Below, one piece after another: positions 22,430-35,159 of a stretch of 64,000 nucleotides of DNA. The stretch's first letter is position 1; each line of letters opens with the position of its first letter. The notes under the pieces are model-generated. The model made no database searches, had not been told where the DNA came from, and saw only the letters and a list, made by a program, of their open reading frames with translations. Made by a program: the position numbers and the translations under genes. Location: NCBI GenBank assembly GCA_977016875.1, contig CDRNST010000010.1:372001-436000 (forward strand), given 5' to 3'. The DNA is from Pavona decussata. Taxonomy: Eukaryota.

Positions 22430-23748
22430 GCGCCAGGTAGATCTCCGCGGGAAAAATCAACAAGTATGGAAAAGTAGAAGTAAAAAGAAAACACGAAGCC
22501 ATGGATATAAACTCCAGAGAGTTCGTCGCTCTGCTTTCTATCGTAGTTGCAAGTTTGTGTCAGGGCTATTCTGTAGATTTAATGATCAAGTTTGCTCTGT
22601 TTCGAAGGTAAAGGACACGCCCACTCCGTTTCCAATTTCATCGGTCATTGGAGCAAGTGTTTATTTTCAGGTGACGTTTGCAGTTTGAACAATGTCTTAG
22701 AGGGCCGAGACAAGCTTGGGTATTTCCCAGGCCACAGCTATAGCTGGAAGAGCTCTTAAACAACGGAGCCTTAGATATTGGTGGAAAGAAAATTGCAGGG
22801 TATTGAGACCTACCTTCCACTACATTTGTAGACTAATTGATCGTGCTATTCGCTGACAAGATACTTGGATGAGAAATGCTATTCCTGTCGAACAAAGACT
22901 TTGTGCCAGTCTCTGGAGGCTAGCGACTGGCGAATGCTATCGCTCATGGGGACTGGTGTTTGGGCTTTCAAAATCTCATTAACTCTTGCCATAAATTTGT
23001 TCAAGAACTCTGCCTCTTGAAAAACCAATTTATAAAGTTTCCAAACGCCAGAGCGGAAGTGCACGTGAAGATCACAGGGTTTTTCAAACAAAAACAAAAT
23101 TCCAAATGTGGTTGCTGCAATTGATGGCGGCCATGTGCCTATCTATGCTCCAGAAATGAACCATGAGGACTATTATAACCGCAAACATTTTCATAGTTAT
23201 GTTCTCCAAGGCGTAGTTGATTCGTTGGGACTTTATCTCACTGCATCAATGTGGTACATGACTCAAGCGTTTTAAGAATGAGTAATCTATTTAGGGCAGC
23301 TGAAGATGGAGATATTTTAAGAAGGCCTACTCTAAATCTAACTAAATGATACAGTTATTCGCCCACTGATTGTCGGTGATTCTGCATACCCCGCCAAGTC
23401 ATGGCTTGTGTGCCCTTTCAGAGACAATAGAGCACTGACCCGAGACCAGCGAAATTTTAACAAAGAGCTTTCAAAGGCAAAGATAGTCTCGGAACATGCA
23501 TTTGGATCAACTAAAGAAAGATGGTGAGTACTAGAGAAATGTATCGATGAGGATTCAAATAGAATTCCCAACACAATTATAGCATGCTGTGTGTTACATA
23601 ACCTATGTATCTTGCTGGGCGATAATTTCAATCCTCTGAATGATGACTATTGGGACAATCCTAATGATGAAGAACAAGACTATGATGTCTTACCAACACA
23701 AACAAACAAAGTTCGCCACGCTATTGTCGATTATCTGGCTACCCTGTA
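22430..23748 (+). pseudogene. PIF/Harbinger (HARBI1-like, DDE_Tnp_4) transposase pseudogene
   Basis: Fragmented frames read LWRLATGECYR, VVAAIDGGHVPI, DYYNRKHFHS, IVGDSAYP, SEHAFG.TKERW*, IACCVLHNLC. Contains stops and frameshifts. Confidence 0.85.
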
Positions 23749-24016
23749 AAAGCAATGGTGCTTTGTAAAACCTTTACTTTTTATCTTGTCATCATAAAAG
23801 CCAATGGAAAGTTACATTTTCTGCTGAATGTTATACGTGTATTAAACTTCAACTCAACATGAATTTCACTGAGCTAGCACTCGATATATTTTTAAGAAGC
23901 ACAACGTCCCTTGATGAATGAGAAAAAATGTTCGTTCATAACTTACGGGCAATAATTTCATTCTAGCGATATAAGCTTATGTAAACCTAAGAGTTCATAT
24001 TCTGAACAATGAACGC

Positions 24017-24340
24017 TCATCTTGAAGTGAAAATATCCCCCAGTTTTCCCAGTACAGAGGTTATAAATTCTTGATGTCTTTTTTCCGCACTGGTTTGTAA
24101 ATTAATCATGGTTTCCATGATCTGCTTGTTGTTTGCTTCTGACTTGTCGATAGCCGCTTGTTGAGCCTGAAGCAATACACTTTCCGTGTCATCAGTGGCT
24201 CCATCTCTGCTTTTCTTTCTCTGTTTCTTTGGCGGGCAGCTGTCCTCAGTATCGCCAGCCCTTTTCCCATCTCCAACACTTTTTGTTTCATCTTCCTGAC
24301 TTGTGTTGATGTCGATGGATGTGTCGTCAGGCAAATCACT
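24017..24340 (-). pseudogene. 3' fragment of probable Harbinger partner (Myb/SANT-type) gene
   Basis: Convergent with the transposase. Acidic stretch, NLS-like PPKKQRKK and a coiled-coil C-terminus; 5' part replaced by a PLE fragment. Confidence 0.45.
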
Positions 24341-25170
24341 TGCGTCGTTTACAGTAACGTGGCTTCGGTGAGTGGTCTATAGCGTTCTCTGTTCTCCAAT
24401 TGGATTTGCACTTCATTTATTTTATCTTGTTTATTCATAAGAACTGTAATTGTTTCTTTGTCTGCTTTTCTAATATTGATTGTTTTGTCGCATTTAAGCA
24501 ATTTGAGTGCTTCATGCTCAACCGGTGGTAGGTTATTTTTAGGCTTCACAACAACAACAACAATTTATTTTGAGAAAAGACAAATTACAATATTACATAC
24601 CCACAATTAGCAAGGGCTATTCGAGGTGGGTAGCATTTAAAGTTGTTTGCACGCTCAAAAGGAACAGAAAATTCACAGCACAAAAATAGAAATGATTCAT
24701 TAAACAAAGAGAAAGAGAATTAAATTAAGAAAATAAAAGGAATAAATAAAACACCTAAATGACTAATTAAAATTTAGGCTTTGTGAATTTAATCTCTGCA
24801 AGTTGGAGTTTGACCTCTTCTAAATAACTTCCCAGAGCAACTGATTGTTGTATGGGTGGAACCCATGTCGATTTAACGTGGAATGGCTTAGGCTCTTTGT
24901 CATTACCCTGAAAGATGTATTGCAGGCGCATTCTTCTCGTGAATTGATCGAAATCTTGCAAGAGTTAACACCGTATTTGTGTTTGTTCTGTAGGTGGGGT
25001 GGGAATGAATTTGAGACCCTTACCCAGTAGATTGATTTGCTCTGTGGTCATGATATTATTTGAGAGGTTTTTTATATGTTTTTTGTTCGCCTCTAAACGC
25101 GCAATAAATTGCTTTGTGCATTGTTTCTTTTGCTATCTTTTCGCTTTTTGTTTGATAGATTGTTTGTCAA
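24340..25170 (-). mobile_element. Penelope-like retroelement fragment (pre-RT region), itself interrupted
   Basis: LLGKGLKFIPTP, FTRRMRLQYIF..KPFHVKSTWVPP, and KPKNNL...ALKLLK..KTINIRKADK. A ~225-bp insertion at ~24547-24772 is flanked by repeated TTTAGGCTT. Confidence 0.75.
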
Positions 25171-25174
25171 TGGC

Positions 25175-27000
25175 CCTTTGATTATCGTAGGAAACCAGGG
25201 CTGTTTTGGCCAGTGCAGGAGTACGCACATGCCTGTGGCTTTGTCCTCCTTTATTTTCTTCAGTACTGCCGGGATTACACTGAAAGGCAGGAAGGCATAA
25301 AATTTTAATAGAAACCAATCTATTGTGAATGCGTCCACAGCCCACACCCCTGGGTCAGGTCTGTAGGCGATGTATCAGGGAAATTGCTCCTTCAGTCTGG
25401 AGGCAAAAAGATCTATCTCAGGAGTAAAGTCGAGCTTGTTTAGGGCATTCGACAGGAGGGTTTTAACATCCACTCGGTTTCTGTGACGCTGTGATGGGAT
25501 TCCGAATCTGCCTGCACATTGTATTTTCCTAAAATGTGAGCCGTGCTAATCCAAATGATGACATATGATGTAAGTTCATCAGATTTAAGTTCCTTCCAAA
25601 CATTTATGGAATGCGATATGTTTCCGGCCTGAAAAGTGTCGCAACTACGCTGAAGATAATGGCGAAGGGTTGTTTCAATAAACAACAGGAAATCACTTAC
25701 CGAATTTTTCAGTTGTGCTAGAAGTTGCATTATTTCTTTTAGCCCTTTTTTTGGACCGTTGTTGTACTTCCTCTGGACGTTTGATTGGTGCCCCTTCCTC
25801 AAATAAGGCTGCCGGTTTGTGGGGCCCTGGCCACTTCTTTAGGCATAATTATTGGGTTTATGTTGCCAGGGGGGCCCTCTCCGAAGTGGTCGACTGTTCT
25901 TTGCTGATCCAACAGCATTTCCGATGTTGTTGGTTTCGTTTGCATCCCGTATCTGCTTGGCGAGGTCATCACTAAAAAGGTACTTAGTGGATGCTATATT
26001 CGTCTACGATGAACAGAGAGGCTTAAGGGCGGTTTTAAGTTTTTACCGCTGAAATTGTGATCAAAGCGCTTTAGCGTCAATGTTGTTTGCGATCATCTCG
26101 TTGAGATGTGGTGGTGCACTATTTGGTTCATTTTTAATGACCACAAGTTCGTTTGTCTTGAGTACCGTTGCAAAGGTTGCCTTCTGTAAAGACTGTTGCA
26201 TGTTTGGCAATCGAAGGTCAGCCTTCCTTTGGCCCGCATCTGCGCGGGCCCAAATTCCAGAGTTAACATAAGTAACCGTAAGCGCCGAGCAATTCTCGGG
26301 TTGTGCATATTTCTATAAGATTTTGTTAATTTTGTCGGGGGCAAGTTTGTTATCCCATCGTTTATTGACGATATCTGCCAGCTTTTGGTTGACTTTAGGG
26401 CCCTTTTTCTCCTCGTCGGTGAGAACCGCGCTCAGCTCGGTGAGCAGTTCATTGTTAGGGGCTGCTGCTTCCCCCGGCTCTGTAACGTTTAGGCCTAGGA
26501 GGTTATTCACCGTGTCTTCCGACGCTGTGACGCTAATAGCGTCTGAATCGTCTTTTGATGTGTGACGATTGGGGAACCCTTCCTTGGAGTCAGCCGAGGA
26601 TACACTGTGGCGTTGTTTATGGCCTTGTGTATGTGAGCCCGGTGGGCCATTACTTTCCATCGCATCGGTGATTGGGAGTTGTTCACAAATGTGACCTATG
26701 AGTTGTCATTTGCCCCATTTTGCCGCATATTTTCAGGAAGGCAGCCTCCATATTAAATGTTTGGCCCGGTGGGCCGTTTATTTGTCCTGATGAGCCATCA
26801 GCTTTGCCCAGTGGGCTTACAGATACTGTCGATTCTGTTCTGTTAACTGCGCTCTCCATGGCGCGGAAAATTGTAGAACTTGCTAAAGGGGGAGAAATCA
26901 TTAGATAACAATATCGTAAAGGAAACGAGAGGCAGTATTTACGTACTGTGTGGATGTTACAACCGAGAAAAATCCCAGAAGGGGGTCGAAAAAGCTAGTT
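25175..27000 (-). mobile_element. DIRS-type retrotransposon remnant 1 (gag-like, RNase H, methyltransferase-like)
   Basis: GPKVNQKLADIVNKRW (gag-like), AHILGKYNVQADSES (RNase H end), and IDLFAS / DAFTIDW..FYAFLPF...HWPKQPWF (DIRS MT-like domain). Internally deleted. Confidence 0.75.
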
Positions 27001-27069
27001 GCTGAGCGATAAAGGCACTGTGATCGACTTGCAAGCTATCATACAATTAACTTCCTAGCATGTGCATGC

Positions 27070-27697
27070 TTCTCATGTAGCTCTGCAGTGACTAGGACTG
27101 GGGACGAGATAGAATTGCACCCCAGCGAGACTTTGAGGCGTCGGGCACTAGGAGTTTTGCAACTTTGTGCTCTTCCGCGTGCCAAGGGACACATTCAGTC
27201 TATGAATCCAGGAAACGGCAGTGAAGAATTTCTGCGCGTAAATTTCCCTCAAGTTTGATCGGCACTTCTGGCCTTTGGCAGCGTGAAATCGCGCAGGCGA
27301 CCACCCAAGTATAAAGCAGTGTTGTGGGAACCATGAGGGTAAGAGATATGCATTTACCCTGAAAACGTTGGAACATGTTTAGAGGGACCTGCTCAAGGGA
27401 CAAGATTTCTTCCCGCAGAGCGATGAACTTCTCCTTGTTATCCTCTGGAATAGAGAAAGTTTGATGTATAGTGTCAACAAGGTGCCCCAGGAATATTAAC
27501 CGCTGCGTAGGGATATGAACACAATTGGAGATGTGTAAGAAGTATCCTAGCTGGGTTAAAAGGGTTGCAGCCAGGAAGAAGGCACAGTTCACTGCATCGA
27601 AACTTGAAGCTCGCCTACACTTTGACCCCCATGACTTGCCAAGGTGACGATCGTCGATGTACTGAGAGCATGGAATGCCATAATTCTCAATGCATGT
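27070..27697 (-). mobile_element. DIRS-type remnant 2, RT 3' part
   Basis: CSQYIDDRH at ~27645-27670, then LGYFLHISNCVHIPTQRLIFLGHLVD (ORF 27200..27592). Confidence 0.75.
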
Positions 27698-28228
27698 TGT
27701 ACCAGAACCAAGTTAACAATAACGAAACGATGATTTCTACAAGGTTTATTGGCATCAATTAGTAAACTGAAAATAATGCAAATAACATAAAACGGAATCA
27801 AAAACGTGGCGAAACATGAAGGAATAGCCCAAGCGATAACAAGAGTAAGGCAAACACTAGCAAGAACCGGATAAAAGCTAAGTTAAACAAATAAATATAA
27901 ATTGTGAATATAGTAATTCAATTTGCGATGTGGGACAACCCGTCAACAAAGACTACATAACATGTTAACATAAGATGAAAGACTAAAGCTGGTACTCGTT
28001 TTTAGATTAAAATATAACAAAATGAAAAAGATAAATAAAGAGACTTACATATCGGTCCCACTGTGGCGATGGTTTTTATAAGGCAGAAGAATAAAAACGA
28101 AGAAATGACGAGAGAGAGACAACCACGAGGTGAACAACGAGAACAATAGATTACTCCTTTTTGGATTGCGAAATAAGAATAAATAACAAAACGAAAGGTA
28201 ACTCGGTAATACGCAAGTGAACGTAACA
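27698..28228 (-). repeat. 3' LTR of BEL element A
   Basis: Direct repeat of 38452-39003, TGTACC...GTAACA. Confidence 0.9.
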
Positions 28229-28393
28229 TGGCTCCCCTGAAACACAATAGTGTTTCACTATTATATGTCACTAACAACCGAAAACTAAGAAAAGAAAAAA
28301 AAAAGAAAATCAATATTTAAATGTTCAATCAACAAAGTTCAAAGTCACTTGATTCTGCATTAAGGCTCCTCGGTTGGGATCTACCCCTGGTCA

Positions 28394-31300
28394 TCAACAT
28401 TCTGCTTGCTCCTCTTTGGGCATTAGTAGCACCAACTTGTGGACCGGGCGCTCCAGGAACTTTCCCTCGACGACTTTCTTGCCTTTGCTGTCTTGGGAAC
28501 TTTCTGCCAAGGCAACTTGAACCGTTCGTACTCGTCCGTCAGCACTATGATTGACAGCTGAAACGCGCACCAGCTGCCACCTGTTGTGTGGAAGATCGTC
28601 ATCCTTGATGATGACAAAGTCGTCTACGCACGCATTCCTCTGAGGTTTTAACCATTTCTGGCGCTGCTGTACTTTCAGTAAGAATTCCTTCCTCCATCGA
28701 GCTCGTATCCAGTGCTTTCTGCAATATTTGTCTGGGTTCTTGAAACTTCCTAGGGGTGGCAACACTATCTTACTTTTCATCATCAACAAATGGTTGGGTG
28801 TCGAAGGACTAGGGGCATCTGGGTCATTGAGGTTCTCAACTGATAGGGGTCAGCTGTTAATGATAGCCTCAGCTTCACACATCAGAGTTCTGAGGGCTTC
28901 ATCCTTTTGCTGCAAACCATTGTCTTGCCAAAGGGCAGTCAGGACGCTGTGAACAGATCTGATCTGAGGCTCCCATACGCCACCCATGTGGCTGGCCGAG
29001 GGAACATTCATTCTAAAGTCAATCCAGTCACAGTTTTCTCGCAGCAGCTCAGCTCTGATCCAGTCATGGTTAAGTTCGGAGACAGCCTCCTTCAATTCTC
29101 GCCTTGCCCCAACGAAATTTGTTCCACGATCGCACCGTAACTGACGGATCAGTCCTTGACGACAAATAAAGCGGCGAAGGGCATTGATGAAAGAGTCTGT
29201 TTCTAAAGTAGAGGATGTCTCCAAGTGAACCGCTCTTGATGCCAGGCAAGTGAAAATTACCCCATATTTCTTCACTTGTTTTCTGCCTTCCTTGATCATC
29301 CAGGGGCCTAAGTAATCCACCACACAACTGGTAAATGGGGTAGCAGGTTCCAAACGGTCTTCCGGCAAATCTGCCATCTTCTGCTGCTGGGCTGTCGCAC
29401 GAAGTTTATGGCAAACAATGCACTTTGCAATGTAGCTGCCGACAGCGGTTGAGCCTCCGAGAATCCAGTACCCACTGGCTCGTACCTCATTCAAAGTGAT
29501 ACCACGACCTTGATGTTTGGTCTTGTCATGGAAATATCTGATTATCAGTGTCGTCACATGTCTATCTCTTGGGAGGATTATAGGAAACATCATCCCATAT
29601 GGAAACGAGGCCCGTCAAAGTCTACCTCCGGCTTGTAGAATTCCCTGTGGGTCTAGGAATGGATCCAGTTTGCGCAATGAGCTGGATTTCCTGCATGCCT
29701 TCTTCTCCTTGGCAGCCTCTCTAGTCTCAACAGAACCATTTCTTGAAAACGTTTTCAGAAACTTGATTTCCTTCTGAAAGTGGACAGCTTGAACAGACTT
29801 GATGATGACACTCTCAGCTTTCTGGATATCGTCAGCCTTAAGCTCAATCTTCTCCTTTGTGCGTTTTTGGCTCTTCTTTGCTCTTTCACGAAGCCTGTTT
29901 ATGTAAAGCATGCATAAGGCAGTAGCCTTCCTTGAGCAGTGCCAGTCAGAAAAGGACATCATCCGATGCTCCAATGTCGCCTCTGTCTTGATGGTTGAGG
30001 AGGCCGCAGTGACTTTCATGACTTCTGGATCACGTTGCGACAACAGATTGATATCTTGCACTGTCTTCAGAACGTCTGGGGGCCACTGACCTTCATTCTT
30101 TTAAAGAAACGTGGGCCCAAGTGCCCATCTCGAGCTGAGGAAATCAAGTGCACCTAGGCCTCGGGAAGCATAATCTGGAGGGTTTAGCCTCGTATCTATG
30201 TATCTCCACTGATCAACCGACGTAGCATCTTGGATAAGCTGAACTCAATTGGCAACAAAGACATGGAATCTTCTACTTTCATTGGAAATGTATCCCAAGA
30301 CCACCTTACTGTCCGACCAAAATACTTCTTCAACATCGTGGGGTCCAGCTCTTGATGCAACTGTTGGCTGACTTTCACTGACGTCACGGCGGCTTGCAGC
30401 TCTAACCTTGGGATTGTCGCGGGCTTGAGTGGCGTTACTCTTGACTTGCCAATCACAATCGAACAATGAACATTGTTCGAGTCATCAAGCAACCTCAGAT
30501 AGCTACACTGACCGTAACCCTTGGTACTTGCATCGGAGAAACGATGCAGTTTCCTCCTAACGACCTGGCCAAAATTCTCTGGTTGGAAACACTTGGAACT
30601 GAAAATCGCTCAAGGATGTGCAGCTCCGATCTCCACTTTTCCCATCTTGCCTTTACGATATCCGGAATGGGTCATCCCAGTCAACTTCACAACGACATAA
30701 ATCTTGAAGAATGCTCTCTCCTTCCAAAATCAGCGGGGCAATGAAACCAAGAGGATCAAAGATGGAACTTACGGTTGAGAGAATTCCTCTGCGAGTACTG
30801 GGACAATCTTGTAACACCAAATGGAATTGGAAAGAATCAGATTGAATACACCAATGAACGCCAAGAGCTCTTTCCATGGGTAATTTGTCAAGGTCCAGGT
30901 CAATATTCTTGATTCCTTCTGCTCTCTCAGATTCAGGGATACTCTTGATAACTTCTTTTTTGAGACGAACTTGTGAAGGTTAAACCCCCCTCTGTTGCAC
31001 ATTTCCTTGACGGAGTTGATTAAAAGGGTGGCTTCCTCAATGGTAGGACAGGACTTGAGACCGTCGTCCACGTAGAAATCTCTTCGACGAAAATTGGCAG
31101 CATCTGATCCCAATTCATTCTCCTTATCGTGCGCGGCCCTTTTGAGGGCGAAGTTGGCACAACCGGGAGAGGATGTTGCTCCAAACAGATGGACGGTCAT
31201 CCTGTACTCGACTGGGTTCTTCACGGTGTTACCATCCTCCCACCACAGAAAACGAAGCAAGTCCCTATGTTCTTTTTTCACGTGGACTTGTCAGAACAGT
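28394..31300 (-). pseudogene. BEL A pol (RT, RNase H, integrase), frameshifted
   Basis: RFLWW, HLFGATSSP, FYVDDGL, IPRLEL, DYLGP, CDRGTNF, MGGVWE and LERPVHKLVLL across several broken frames. Confidence 0.9.
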
Positions 31301-32936
31301 TTTCAAGTCAATTTTAACTTAACTGCATGGCCTTGTATAACTGGTAAACTGGAATCTCTGAAGACTTATACAATGTACACACACAAAAAAGCTGGTGCAC
31401 TATATACCAAGTAAATAGGAAGTCTCGAGTTACGCCACAAAGAACACAATAACGACACAATGACAATAAAATTCACCGAGTGAAATGACACAATAGTGCA
31501 TATATTGACTTTGTATATTGACCATCATCCCAAAAAAGGACTGATGGGATTTCTCATCAACTTTAACATAAAACTTTTTAGAGCAATTTTACTTGACCCG
31601 TGGAACAGTTAATAACAACTAGTGCAAAAGAGTTACAAATAAACAAGAGAAGACAATAGAATTAGTGCATAATAGTGCATGGTATTCTACTACATAATTT
31701 ATGGGTTAAGAAAAATCACTCTTATGTTGGTATCACCATAGTACCAGTACTTGATACTGTTGATACACAATACAACTTGAAGTCATGTTAGAAGACATCC
31801 AAAGGGTAAAGGCAGGTGCCTTTTTTTTGCATTCAAGTTGGTAAATAATAAGAATAATGTTGCTTATCTATTGTTCACTTGAGTGTTTTCACTCTTCCAT
31901 GTTCATTAGGTCAACTTCAAACTTTATTCAAAGTTTTCAAAATGTTTTCTTAAGTTTCATAATTATTCCATTTACAATATGAACAAACGTTTTTAAATAC
32001 TCTTGACATGCAGAAGCAATGCTGTTAAGTCTTATTCCTGTTGAACATGTTCATTATGCTAGGGCTGTAACTACAATGTTTAGATTTTAAATCACTGTTG
32101 TATAGTCACTTTTTATCATTTTGCTTGGCTGTACAACAGAGTTAACCCAACAGCATTGTATGGATCATTGCCTATCCCAGTTAAAAGTGTGTTCAGTTAC
32201 ATACCATCTTCCTTTTTATTGTTCAATTCATGAAAAACCATAATACTTTTAAATGTTAATGTGTGGGCACAACATCAATGGGCATAGTTAATACAAAATA
32301 GGAGACTGGAATAATTTTTATTAAAGTCTTGGTTAGAACAGCACCAATAAGTTCTTGAGTACATACAGAACGGTTGAACTAATACACAGCTTTTTCTTGA
32401 GATAAACTGATCTTGAGATTTAAGTTTTAAGAGAAGGAGTGAGTAGGCTTCTGAACTCCAAGGCAACTACACTGTAATGAAGCTGGCATCACTACCTGTT
32501 GTCACACTTGTATATGTTACATGTCAAATTTGATCTTCAATTTATTCTGTCTCCAACAAGGAAACAAAGGAATCAACCCTGGTGAAATCACAGGTTACAT
32601 CAAGATTTACCTGAAATACCATTTGAACTGTAACACATAATTTTTGACAAGCTAACAAAATAGCACAGGGATTTCTTGCCAAGCAAAAAAACTGCAATTA
32701 AACACCCAGGGTTATCTCGTGTACTTACCCAAACCTGCACTTTGAGGAGTATTGTCATATACCATAAGAGGCCTATAGTTTTTAACAGCAACCAACATTG
32801 TGAAACTAAGATATAAGAATTACATAATTTAACAACTCTGAGAAAACCATGTCAAATCAAACAAAAAGAACAAACCAATGCTTAAAGTTATTTAAGTGCT
32901 CTAACAGTGACACTGATCTTCTGTTATATTATCAAG

Positions 32937-34817
32937 TTAACCCATCTGTGACTTAACATGGTAGAAAAGTTGCCCAGGTTTTTGGACTGTATGTTCCTCT
33001 GAAGATTCATAGCTCGGAACATGAAATGGCCTCTTTTGCGTCTGATTCTTATCCTGGAAATTGTGATGATGTTGAGGTTGATACATCTCAACCTGAATTT
33101 GGCCTTGAGTGAAAGGTGCTGGGGCTGGTGAAGATGGTGACTGGAATTTGGCTAGCATTTCCCGGTACAAAATATTTGAAACTTGCATTTTGGCCATCAC
33201 TTTCCTTTCTGGTAGTAATTGCCTCATTCGGGAGGCAATCAATTCTCCGAACAGTTCATCTTCATCTTTAATACTTGCATTTGGCACTTGCATCTGCTTG
33301 TGTCCAAGAGCATCACCAAGGGACTGCAGAACCTGCACTTCTGCCATTATAACATCATCATGAACTTTTGTCAGTTTTCTTTTTTGATGGTAACTTCACT
33401 TTTTTGATTGATCGGAAGTTGTTAGATGCTGAGAAACCGTCTGCATCACTTGCTGTTGTCTCAGTGCTGTCAGATTTGTCATCAACATTTTGGATTTCAT
33501 CATGTTCTGATGCCTCATTTCCTGAGTCATCAATGGTCACATTTGAACTTGTTTTCCTGTGTTTATAAAATGGATCAAGCCAAGACAGGAACAAAAACAT
33601 ATCCTCAACCTCATCTTTCACTTTTGCTACATCGCCAGACCCACTGCCACTAACTTTGGCCCTCTGCAATTTCTTCCTGTAGCGAGTGTATCTAGTTCTC
33701 AGAGTAGTAAAATAATTTTGTTCCTCCTCCCCTAAAAAAATGAAAGATAAGGTAATTGCTGCGTAAAACATCAGTCAATTCAACCCACACTCCTTTTTCC
33801 CCTGCTCAAGTGCTCTCCTTTCATCTCCACCTGAGGGTGTTTGTCTCTTTACCAGCCCCTGGGAATTTGTCATTCCAGACATAAAATGCTTATACCTGGG
33901 GGTTAACTCAAAAAAGGAAAGGGGAACGTGGATACAGCTGGCATTAACTGTTGCATGAGTCAATGAATTTGCAGTGGGCGCAGGTGGAATTGACTGCTGC
34001 ATACCCTTGAATCTATGCATCATTATTAAAATAATATACTCCAAAAGGCTAAGTATTCTATTTTGAAGAATGATGATCTTTTAATTTAATGAAGTTCTTG
34101 ATCACAACTTTCCTTTAAAGGTTTTGTGCTGCAAAAACAATTTTCACTTTTAAAACCTTGCACCTGCGCTACCCAATCTTGTTATTTTTGCTTAAATACC
34201 TGGATAATTAACTTCATATTATGGAAATATTGAGCATATAAAAAACTAAACAAAATACTCAATTTGCCGAGCATTGACTCAAGAGCTTTGACTAAACATT
34301 CAATAAATAACAACTGATGGTTTTTCTCACTGTCTTGGAATGCACGGATTTTATATATTTTAAATTTACTTCAGCTTAAATTTCTTAGATTCCAACTCTT
34401 CTCAAGAGGGATCATGCAATTCCAAAAAGTATGAGAAGATATAACCCAAACATTAAAAGAAAAGTTAATGAGACATTCCCGTATATATCATCAGTGTTGT
34501 TTCAACTGATTAAAAGCTTTCTTTTTTCTGCCTCATTTCCTCTTTACTGTAATCCTCAAGATAAAAAACAAACAATAAAAACAACAGGATACATGGCGCA
34601 TGTGCTAAAACACATCGACAAAAATAATTGCGACGATTGAACCACATTGAATTAACTCTGAGTAAATACCTGTTGATAAACCAGCTTGCCTAGCAACTTC
34701 TGCCCAAGCGTTCTTCTTCTTATTTCTGTCTTTGAAATCTTTCAGAGATTTGTTGTACAAAATCGGAAAACGTCTAACAGCCTCAGCGACTTTCTGGTCC
34801 ATGGAGTTGGGCGCCAT
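32937..34817 (-). pseudogene. MADF-BESS-type DNA-binding protein gene (Harbinger partner-like), 2 exons, one frameshift
   Basis: Exon 34817-34670 (AVRRFPILYNKSLKDFKD...NAWAEVA, MADF) splices in phase 1 (AG|GTATTT; TTTTTAG|) to an exon from 33731 (FTTLRTRYTR). After a frameshift near 33380 it reads DEDELFGELIASRMRQL...AKMQVSNILY (BESS-like). Confidence 0.7.
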
Positions 34818-34879
34818 ATTTTCTCACAACAGGCGGGAGGGTCTGGGACCCTGCATTGTGATTGGTTTATTCTACCGCT

Positions 34880-35110
34880 TCTGCTTCCGACTCCGACAAT
34901 CTGGTTTTCACTAGATCATAAGCATAACGTAAGTGACCGAGTCGTAAGCGGAGTCGGAAGAAAATGGAAACATTCTGATTCTTCTAACTCCAATTCCGTC
35001 GCGCTTATGACTCCGCTTACGACTCTGATTTTTGATTTTCAGTAGGTCATAAGCGCTCTTACGACTCGGCTTACGACTCTGACTCTGACTCTGTCGCTAG
35101 TGAAAACCAT
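34880..35110. repeat. Inverted/short tandem (GACTCC) repeat, likely DNA-transposon terminus
   Basis: CTGGTTTTCACTAG at 34901 and CTAGTGAAAACCA at ~35097, with repeated TTACGACTC motifs. Confidence 0.6.
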
Positions 35111-35159
35111 TTTTAAAGGAACCGTTTGATGGATATGTGCAAGGGCTTTCAACCTACGT

